Shown: positions 46,344 to 53,525 of the stretch, piece by piece
How the letters are laid out: each line of letters opens with the position of its first letter
Position numbering within the stretch: the stretch's first letter is position 1
Origin: Polyangiales bacterium
GTDB lineage: Bacteria; Myxococcota_A; Polyangia; Polyangiales; Houyiibacteriaceae
Direction of reading: 5' to 3'
DNA length: 64,000 nucleotides
NCBI GenBank assembly: GCA_045106895.1
Contig: JBGCFM010000074.1
Coordinates: 12,541 to 76,540 of the forward strand
Notes under the pieces: model-generated
What the model was told of the DNA's origin: nothing
What the model saw: the letters and a program-made list of their open reading frames with translations, nothing else
Databases searched by the model: none
Program-made: the position numbers and the translations under genes

Positions 46344-49300
46344 CTACCCGGCGGCCAGCTTCGCGGCCTGGAAGAACTCCGCAGGCATGGGCCGCTCCAT
46401 TTCCCACTCGATGCGCATGGGTCGGTCGCCTTCGTGGCGAAGATAGCGGACTGCGCCGAGGTTCATGTATGCCATGGCTGCTCCGCGTTCGTCTTTCTGC
46501 CGCTGTCGAACGAAGAGCAACGCCCGTTGCTCACCATGTCCGATATCTAAGTAGCGCTTTCCCGTCGGCGTGCCTGCATGACACGTGCTCTGGCTCTCCC
46601 AATGAAAGCGCCGCGGACTCATGGGGTAATCCTGGTACATCGTCGTCGCCGTGAACGTCTTTTCGCTCTTCTGAAGCGTCACGAAGAAGAGGTCCGTTCG
46701 CTGCTTGGACAGGTAGTAGACACCGGTCTGAGTCTTTTTGACGCCGCCCTTCTTGGTGCGCTCGTCGAAGGCCGCCAATATCTCGAATCGCGTATAGGTG
46801 GCGTGATCGGCGAGAGGCGCACCGCCCCGGGGAAAGCTCACACGACGACATCGGTTGGCGAGCACGCCCATGAGCTCTCGCAGCTCACGACGAAGCCAGT
46901 CGTTCCGCCAGATGCGGTCCCACGTGGTTTGCATCTCATCGAAAGACTCACTGGCACGAAGCAGAACAAAGAACATCCGCTGCATCGCACTGTCCGGAGT
47001 CGCCCGCAGTCGCTTGCCACGGAGGAAAGACTCAAAGGCGTCGAGGCGTGCGAAGTCATCGATATGCAGGGTGCGCCGAAATGCCTTCTCAATGGCGCCA
47101 TCCACGCTATCCGGCTGGCGTGTCTCAAAGCCGGCCCAACGCCGAAGGTCCGTCCAACACCCGCTGCTGTACACATCCTCCAGCTCAAAGCCCGTCTCTC
47201 GCAGAAACACGTCGAGGCTCACATCACCCAGCGCCTTCAGGTCGTCGACGAGGGACTTTCGCCCACGGCCCACCGCCGCGCGGATGTTCTCGAGCACAGA
47301 CTTCTGGGCTTGGCGATCGAGCTGGATCACGCAGCCACTCGGCAGCAACGGGAAGCCGTCTTCGATGTGCTTCTCGATGGACTTTCGAGTGCCGCCAAGG
47401 AGCGCCCGATAGCGCGCGTCGAACCGAAACTTTCGATGAGCATCGCCAATAAAGTCGAGGACGGTGCAGCATTCCTTGTCCGATGAGAGGCGTAGACCTC
47501 GACCGAGTTGCTGCAGAAACACCGTCGCGCTCTCCGTGGGCCTCAGGAAGAGGATGGTGTCGACCTTCGGGATGTCGACGCCCTCGTTGTAGAGGTCAAC
47601 GCTGAAGATGATGTTCACCTCACCGCTCTCCAGCTGACGCCGCACCAAGTCTCTTTCAACAGTCGTGGAGCGCGCACTCACCACAGCGGCGGCGATGCCT
47701 GCGTCGCTAAACTGCTTCGTCATGAACTCGGCGTGCCGAATGTCCACGCAGAACCCGAGGGCTCGCATCTGGCTCACGTCCGTGATCTTGGCGACGGTTT
47801 CTTGGATGACGCGTCGGGCAAACATGTGATCCGCCGTGTAGACCGCTCCGAGCTCCCGCACCTGATAGCGGCCGCCGGACCACTTCACTCCGCGCAGGTC
47901 GGGGCCGTTGCCGATGCCGAAATACTGAAAGGGCGAGAGCAGGTCCTGGTCCAGAGCCTTCCAAAGCCGAAGCTCCGAGGCGATGCGGCCGTCAAACCAT
48001 CCGAGGACACTCTTTCCGTCTGTGCGCTCCGGCGTGGCGGTGAGCCCAACGAGCACTTTCGGTGTCAGGTGCTCTAGAAGGCGCTCGTAGGTGGGCGCGC
48101 GCGCGTGGTGGAACTCGTCGACGATCACAACGTCGAAGTAGTCCGCAGGAATTTCCTCGAGCCGGTCTGCGTGAAGCGACTGAACCGAGGCGAAGACGTG
48201 CTCGTAGGCAGCGGGCGTATCGCCGCCTGCGAGGCGTTCGCCAAACCCTCCGTCGCGGAGCACCGTCTGAAACGTAGCCATGCTCTGGTCGAGGATCTCT
48301 TTTCGGTGCGCGACAAAGAGGAGGCGAGCCCGAGGAAGTTCGTTACGAATCCGCTTGTAGTCGAGGGCCGCAACAATGGTCTTGCCGGTGCCCGTCGCCG
48401 CCACGACGAGGTTCCGCGTGTGCCCACGACTACGCTCCGCGTAGAGCGCGTCGAGGATCTCCTGCTGGTGTGCCCGAGGTTGAATATCCAGCTTTAGATA
48501 GAGCGAGAGACGCGAGCGCTTGGCACGCTGTATCGCCTCTTGAAACTGCTCAGGGTCGTAGCTCTGGAAGACGGGGTCATCCCAATACTGTGAAAACGTC
48601 GCCCCGAACTTCTTCAGAATCGCCGCGTTGTCCACCTGTGACACCCGAACATTCCACTCCACGCCGTCGAGCATGGCCGCGTGGGACAGGTTCGAAGAAC
48701 CGATGGCCGCCGTCGAGAATCCAGAAGCGCGATAGAAGAGCCATGCCTTTGCGTGCAAACGTGTGCGCTGCGTGTCGTAGCTGACCTTCAGCTCGGCGCC
48801 CATGCGTACCAGCTCATCCAGCGCGCGACGCTCCGTCGCGCTCATATAGGCGGTGGTCAGAACGCGAAGCGCGCCGCGTTTGCACAACGCTTCCAGCTCC
48901 GGCAGCACCAGTCGCAGACCGCTCCACTTCAGAAACGAGCAAAGCAAGTCCACGCGGTCGGCGGAAGCAATCTCCTTCTTCAGCTCTGGACCGATGCTGA
49001 GGTCATGTCGTCCGTTGACCAAAAGCGCGCTCTGAGAAAGCGGCAACCCTGGGTAGCGCGGAACATGTGGCTTCTTCGGCGGAGCGACGGGCGTGAGGAC
49101 CGCACGAAGAACGCGACCTGGCGACGCAAGGTGGTCACCGGCCAGCACCACTCCAGGCGACGCTTCAGTGAGTTTCACGAGGAGCTCGTTCACCAGGCTG
49201 ACCTGCGCATCCACCCGGCCCTCTACCGGTAGCGACTCCAAAACACGGACCAAGCGCGCTTGCAGCACGCGGCTGAAGGCGAGTGCGGAGGCGCCCGCAT

Positions 49301-49400
49301 CGACGTCTTCGACGCGCACGAGCTCGGACTGGATGCCTCGAAGCTCGTCGTCGACTTCGACGGTGACAGGTTGGTCGTAGAGGCCGGTCTTCAGAGGCAT
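46344..49400 (-). CDS. SauUSI-type type IV restriction enzyme candidate: PLD nuclease + SF2 helicase + DUF3427
   Basis: The ATG at 49400 gives MPLKTGLYDQPVT. PLD HKD motif RTRLHAKAWLFY...GSSNLS. Helicase motifs: AATGTGKT, VIVDEFHH, GLTATPER, QQLGRGLR. The C-terminal ~250 aa look DUF3427-like (...FHWESQS...). Confidence 0.75.
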   Translation of the reverse strand: MPLKTGLYDQPVTVEVDDELRGIQSELVRVEDVDAGASALAFSRVLQARLVRVLESLPVEGRVDAQVSLVNELLVKLTEASPGVVLAGDHLASPGRVLRAVLTPVAPPKKPHVPRYPGLPLSQSALLVNGRHDLSIGPELKKEIASADRVDLLCSFLKWSGLRLVLPELEALCKRGALRVLTTAYMSATERRALDELVRMGAELKVSYDTQRTRLHAKAWLFYRASGFSTAAIGSSNLSHAAMLDGVEWNVRVSQVDNAAILKKFGATFSQYWDDPVFQSYDPEQFQEAIQRAKRSRLSLYLKLDIQPRAHQQEILDALYAERSRGHTRNLVVAATGTGKTIVAALDYKRIRNELPRARLLFVAHRKEILDQSMATFQTVLRDGGFGERLAGGDTPAAYEHVFASVQSLHADRLEEIPADYFDVVIVDEFHHARAPTYERLLEHLTPKVLVGLTATPERTDGKSVLGWFDGRIASELRLWKALDQDLLSPFQYFGIGNGPDLRGVKWSGGRYQVRELGAVYTADHMFARRVIQETVAKITDVSQMRALGFCVDIRHAEFMTKQFSDAGIAAAVVSARSTTVERDLVRRQLESGEVNIIFSVDLYNEGVDIPKVDTILFLRPTESATVFLQQLGRGLRLSSDKECCTVLDFIGDAHRKFRFDARYRALLGGTRKSIEKHIEDGFPLLPSGCVIQLDRQAQKSVLENIRAAVGRGRKSLVDDLKALGDVSLDVFLRETGFELEDVYSSGCWTDLRRWAGFETRQPDSVDGAIEKAFRRTLHIDDFARLDAFESFLRGKRLRATPDSAMQRMFFVLLRASESFDEMQTTWDRIWRNDWLRRELRELMGVLANRCRRVSFPRGGAPLADHATYTRFEILAAFDERTKKGGVKKTQTGVYYLSKQRTDLFFVTLQKSEKTFTATTMYQDYPMSPRRFHWESQSTCHAGTPTGKRYLDIGHGEQRALLFVRQRQKDERGAAMAYMNLGAVRYLRHEGDRPMRIEWEMERPMPAEFFQAAKLAAG

Positions 49401-49677
49401 TGAAGGCAGTGTCTCACACGGCACAACGGCTTCTCTTCGAGCTTTCGCTTCGTTTTCGCCAATCCGGAAACGATCAACGAATGACACTCTCACACCTTCA
49501 AAGCGCCACAAGAGGCTCACTTTGTTCGTTTTGTCTCCGCGATCTGCAACCTTGGCATCCAAGGTTGAAGGCCTCACTCAAGATGAACCAAGGAGGCTTC
49601 CTCGCTCAACCGCGTCTGACGCGGAAGGTGAGTGCGGGCGCAGGTTGCGTTCCGGGGCCGTTACGTCCGCGGTCTAT

Positions 49678-50701
49678 TCAGCCATCGTCTTCCTCGCTCC
49701 CGGTGATCTTCTTCGCATCGCTCACGAAACGGTCGAAGTCCGATTCGAACTCCGCGTCTTGCACCTGGCGAAACGAGTCATACTCCGCTTCAGCTTTGAT
49801 CCTCGCCACCGCTGACCTGAGCGTGCCTTTGTCCGTCAGCACTTCGTAACTGTTGAGCTTGAGGAAGTCGTCGAGGAACGTAGCCCACTGGGCCATCTTT
49901 GTGACCAGCCCGCGGCGCGCGCGGTTCTCCGCGAGGTCGAGGTAGGCGGACACTAGCCCGTTGAGCTCGGCGATGGCGTCTTGGCTCAAATAGTTCTTGG
50001 CCACGGACACGTCGGACTTGAGCACTTTGCCGTCCGGCGCCTGCTTCCAGTTTGTGAGCCCATGTGCGGCTGGGCGGCATCGGCGCGCTCGTTGATGATC
50101 TCGGCAGCGGTCTGCCCGCTGATGGCGAAGTGCAGTTTGTTTTGCACGGAGGCAAAGAACTCGCGTGTCGTTGGCGCTCGCCCGTCGTAGTCCGGCGCCG
50201 TGCGTAGAGATCGGTGATCTTCTGGTAGAAGCGCCGCTCACTCGCGCGGATCTCGCGAATACGCTCGAGTAGCTCTTCGAAGTAGTCTTTGCCGAAGGCG
50301 GTGCGGCCCTGCTTGAGACGTTCGTCGTGGAGGACAAAACCCTTGACCATGTACTCCCGCAACGTGGCCGTGGCCCAAATGCGAAACTGCGTCGCTTCAA
50401 AGCTGTTGACCCGGTAGCCAACAGCAATGATGGCATCGAGGTTGTAGTGCTTGGTCCAGTAGACTTTGCCGTCGGCGGCAGTTGTTTCCAAATTGGAAAC
50501 AACTGCTTTCTCCTGCAGTTCCGAGGACTTGAAGATGTTTGCGAGATGCTTACTCACAGCGGGGACGCCGACGCCGAACAGCTCCGCCAGCGCCTTCTGA
50601 GGCAGCCACACCGTCTCTTCGCGAAGCAGCACATGGACGCGCACGGCGCCGCTGGGCGCTGTGTACAGCAAGAAGTCCGCCCCGTCGCTCTCATCGTTCA
50701 T
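49678..50701 (-). pseudogene. RhuM family gene disrupted by two frameshifts
   Basis: Frame A reads MNDESDGADFLLYTAPSGAVRVHVLLREETVWLPQKALAELF...RRFYQKITDLYA. Frame B reads APDYDGRAPTTREFFASVQNKLHFAISGQTAAEIINERADAAQPHMG. Frame C reads GLTNWKQAPDGKVLKSDVSVAKNYLSQDAIAELNGLVSAYLDLAENRARR.... The shifts lie near 50195 and 50055. Confidence 0.75.
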
Positions 50702-51024
50702 CCGACCACTTTCGCACCGGCATGTGACATCACCGTTGTCATCGTAAGCGCCGTTAACCTTTCCGTTGCCTGCCTCGTCGAGCGTCGGAACCGGCGGCTC
50801 GATGAACATGCTCCTTTTTCGGACCCCGTCTCCGACAGACCAAACGCCGCGCGCTTACAGGAAAGCTCACCAAGAATCGCATCAATGCGCGCTTTGCGAG
50901 AGCGCGCCAGATCGATGAGGTCGCCCGTCCTGCGCCGGTCATCGGCTTCCAGCTCATAGTAGTCCACGTTCTCAAGGAGCTCATCGTGGTTGAGTTGAGC
51001 CAGGAGCCCCCGCTTGCTGAGCAT
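50698..51024 (-). CDS. Hypothetical ORF upstream of RhuM (possibly degraded)
   Basis: The N-terminal half is protein-like (MLSKRGLLAQLNHDELLENVDYYELEADDRRRTGDLIDLARSRKARIDAILGEL). The C-terminal half is Arg/Ser/Thr-rich and unconvincing. An A5 run at about 50812-50816 could hide a frameshift. Confidence 0.25.
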   Translation of the reverse strand: MLSKRGLLAQLNHDELLENVDYYELEADDRRRTGDLIDLARSRKARIDAILGELSCKRAAFGLSETGSEKGACSSSRRFRRSTRQATERLTALTMTTVMSHAGAKVVG

Positions 51025-51110
51025 GGCCGGCAGCGTATTCGTAAAGGCTAGGTGCCGTCAGTAAGGAACTGAGGATTCAGGAGCTGCAGCTGTCCCGGCA
51101 TTTCCAACCG

Positions 51111-51572
51111 TCATGGGGAGCTTGCTGGTTGCGACGCCAGCGCCGCCACGTCTGCGAGGTCCTGGGGTCGACCTGATGCGGTCTTGTTAGTGACCAGGTC
51201 TGCGCGGCTAATCAACGAAACGGAGAGCTTGCCCAAGGTGATGGTCTTCGCTCGTCCGATGACTTCGTCTGTGTCGATGCCGTCCGCGTTGACGAGGATG
51301 TCGATGCGCAGTGGGGGCACGCCCATATAGACCACTTCGTTCGGCGCGAGCTGGGCGGCGGCTTTCGTCACGTTTGGGGGCGCACCGAAGGTGTCCAGAG
51401 CGTGCGTCAGTCTCTGCCGGTTGTCGCCGCGGATGGACACCAAGACATCAAGGTCCTTCGTGGCGCGAGGCTCGGCGTAGTAACCCACTGCATAGCCACC
51501 AAGAAGTACGTAGCTAACCTCGAAGCGGGCGAACTCCGCCAACAGATCTTTGAAGTCGGGGTGCAGGTCCAT
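51111..51572 (-). CDS. Minimal nucleotidyltransferase-fold protein (TA/Abi-associated type)
   Basis: MDLHPDFKDLLAEFARFEVSYVLLGGYAVGYYAEPRATKDLDVLV shows the GG...RxTxDxD pattern of pol-beta-superfamily minimal NTases. Length 153 aa. Confidence 0.6.
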   Translation of the reverse strand: MDLHPDFKDLLAEFARFEVSYVLLGGYAVGYYAEPRATKDLDVLVSIRGDNRQRLTHALDTFGAPPNVTKAAAQLAPNEVVYMGVPPLRIDILVNADGIDTDEVIGRAKTITLGKLSVSLISRADLVTNKTASGRPQDLADVAALASQPASSP

Positions 51573-51744
51573 TTTCGCCTCTCAACGCCATCGAGTCTTC
51601 GACCAGGCTCCAGATGAGAGCGAAGCGCTCACCAGCGCCAAGGCCCTCGCTGCTGTTGCGCGGCAATGCGTCAAACGAAGTGGCCACGCCCCCCGTCCAG
51701 CTGCGGCGCCGCGCTGCCGCTCGGTCTGCTCTCTTCGAATCCAC
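51514..51744 (-). CDS. Small partner ORF overlapping the NTase gene start
   Basis: ...SFDALPRNSSEGLGAGERFALIWSLVEDSMALRGENGPAPRLQRSV.... It overlaps the NTase gene by 59 nt. Small ORFs of this type precede such NTases in other genomes; this is from memory. Confidence 0.4.
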   Translation of the reverse strand: MDSKRADRAAARRRSWTGGVATSFDALPRNSSEGLGAGERFALIWSLVEDSMALRGENGPAPRLQRSVGGVRPLRG

Positions 51745-51827
51745 TGAGGAATGGTAGCACGCTCCTCCGAGTGCTGTTCAGTGACGCGCGACTTGAGCGA
51801 CCAAGGCTGCGGGATCTGGGCTAAGCG

Positions 51828-52922
51828 TTGTTGGTGCCGCCACGTAAGAATCACCACTATGTCCCACAGTTTCTCCTTCGGTACTTCGCCACGGATGAGA
51901 AGCAACGAACGATTCGACTCTATTTGGTGAAAGCCGGGAAGGTCGTCGAAAACGCTTCAATAAGGCACCAGTGCTCAGTTGACTACTTCTACGGAACCGG
52001 CGGCGAGTTGGAGAAAAAGTTCGGCGAGCTCAAGGGTGCAGCATCGAAGGTGGTCGCAGCGCTCACGACGGGAGAAGTGCCGGAGCCACTCACCGAAGAG
52101 TACGCACTGTTTCTTGTGTTCGTCTGTTTTCAGAAGAATCGAACTCTACGCGCCGCCAAAGCAGTGGCGACGCAATACGAAGCTTTTTCGCGTGTCGTAG
52201 TGAGAGCGGCCGACGACATCGTACGTGAAAGCGACCATCCGATCATTCCGCTGGATGCTCCCGCGCCCGTCGACGCAATAGGGCTCTCACTTGATATCGC
52301 GGGGGAGCTTGCTTTTGCGGTACAGGACCTGCGCCTCAAGGTACTCGTGAACGAAACCGAAGAGGAGTTCGTTACGTCCGACGCACCAGTAGTCTTTCAC
52401 AACCAGTGGTCTGGTAAGACCGGGGCGACGTCGCAAGGGCTTCAGATCTTCTTTCCTGTTTCACCGGTCCACATGGCGATCTTCTATGACCCAGACATCT
52501 ATCAGGTTGGCTGGGACAATGGAGACAGTGCAGCCGTCAAGACTGTCGAAGAAGTTCGCTCACTCAACTTCCTCCAGCTTGGGAATGCAGACCACGCCGT
52601 GTATTTTCGAGATTCAACGAGCGCGAAATTTCTAACTCCGCGAACAAAAGAGCCACCCGCTCCCGAGCTCAGGCGTTACCGAGGTCCGCGCGGCAGTGGA
52701 CAGCTCGTTGGTATGTCAGCACCCGCTTCGCTTGATGTAACACTGGTAGCCGGCACCATTCGTTTGAGAACCAGCGCAATGCTGGTTCCGCGGAAAGAAC
52801 GTGCCGCAATGTTCCGCTCGGAAGCGATGATGATGACTAAGGAGCGTGATCATATGGACTCCGTGAAGGGCTCACTGCCTTCTGGACCGTTCATTCAGCT
52901 TCCAGAGGCAGAGAACGACTGA
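51828..52922 (+). CDS. DUF4238 domain protein
   Basis: The N-terminal KNHHYVPQFLLRYF is the DUF4238 hallmark. The gene is visibly AT-richer than its surroundings. The start is one of TTG/TTG/GTG at 51828-51836. Confidence 0.65.
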   Translation: MLVPPRKNHHYVPQFLLRYFATDEKQRTIRLYLVKAGKVVENASIRHQCSVDYFYGTGGELEKKFGELKGAASKVVAALTTGEVPEPLTEEYALFLVFVCFQKNRTLRAAKAVATQYEAFSRVVVRAADDIVRESDHPIIPLDAPAPVDAIGLSLDIAGELAFAVQDLRLKVLVNETEEEFVTSDAPVVFHNQWSGKTGATSQGLQIFFPVSPVHMAIFYDPDIYQVGWDNGDSAAVKTVEEVRSLNFLQLGNADHAVYFRDSTSAKFLTPRTKEPPAPELRRYRGPRGSGQLVGMSAPASLDVTLVAGTIRLRTSAMLVPRKERAAMFRSEAMMMTKERDHMDSVKGSLPSGPFIQLPEAEND

Positions 52923-52970
52923 AGCCTGCATCGAGATCGAAAACACAGAGAAAGCGGAAGTCCGTTATCG

Positions 52971-53021
52971 ACGATCCGCTGGGGCGGCCGGTGGACTACG
53001 GATACATCGTTCATGCGCTGA
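52971..53021 (+). repeat. Left copy of an imperfect ~51-nt direct repeat
   Basis: ACGATCCGCTGGGGCGGCCG----GTGGACTACGGATACATCGTTCATGCGCTGA matches 54840-54894 at 43 of 51 aligned positions, with one 4-nt gap (hand alignment). Confidence 0.7.
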
Positions 53022-53447
53022 GCTGGGCCCTACTCTTCGAGGCGGCTCCTGTTCCACCTCACCAGGTTGTCGCCATGGGCTACAAGAGCCGGCGCTCCCC
53101 CAAAAGGACCCGACCGCGGAATCGATGTCATCGCGTCGCCGGACGGTCTTGGCCTCGAAGAGCCTCGCATCTTCGCCGAAGTAAAGCACCGCAAGAACAC
53201 CAGCATAGGCGCGCCGGCCATTCGCGCGTTTCTGGGCGGAAGAAAGCCCGGCGACCGCTGCCTCTTCATCAGCACCGGCGGCTTCACGCGCGAAGCTAAG
53301 TACGAAGCCGAACGCGCCACGGTTCCGTTGACGCTGGTTGACTTGCCCCTCCTACGGGACCTCTTGCTTGAACACTACGAGCAAGCCGATGAGGCGATAC
53401 GACGCCTGGTGCCGCTGACGCGGACGTACTGGCCGAGTACTGAGTAG
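52991..53447 (+). pseudogene. Mrr-type (Mrr_cat) restriction endonuclease, frameshifted
   Basis: Frame 1 reads ...ALSWALLFEAAPVPPHQVVAMGYKS. Frame 2 reads GPDRGIDVIASPDGLGLEEPRIFAEVKHRKNTSIGAPAIRAFLGG...CLFISTGGFTREAKYEA...LTLVDLPLLRDLL. The shift falls in the CCCCCAAAA run at about 53096-53104. Confidence 0.65.
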
Positions 53448-53525
53448 GTGGCCGCGCGTAGAAACGTCTCCGCGGGAACGTTTTCATGTCCATTATCTGT
53501 CACACCCGCGTGCGATCCTCGGCGC

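Noticed and set aside
49547-49567. A perfect 9-bp hairpin, CAACCTTGG-CAT-CCAAGGTTG, between the RhuM pseudogene and the restriction-like gene.
   Set aside because: The structure is real, but no U-tract follows on either strand and no partner motif exists. Its function (attenuator, protein site, island junction) cannot be assigned from sequence alone.
7402-53447. Treating the frameshifts in the FGE-like, RhuM and Mrr genes simply as sequencing or assembly errors.
   Set aside because: Not fully rejected, because several shifts sit at homopolymer runs. However, all recognisable core genes in the 64 kb are intact while the disrupted genes are all accessory, so genuine pseudogenisation is the better default. 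Read-level data would decide.
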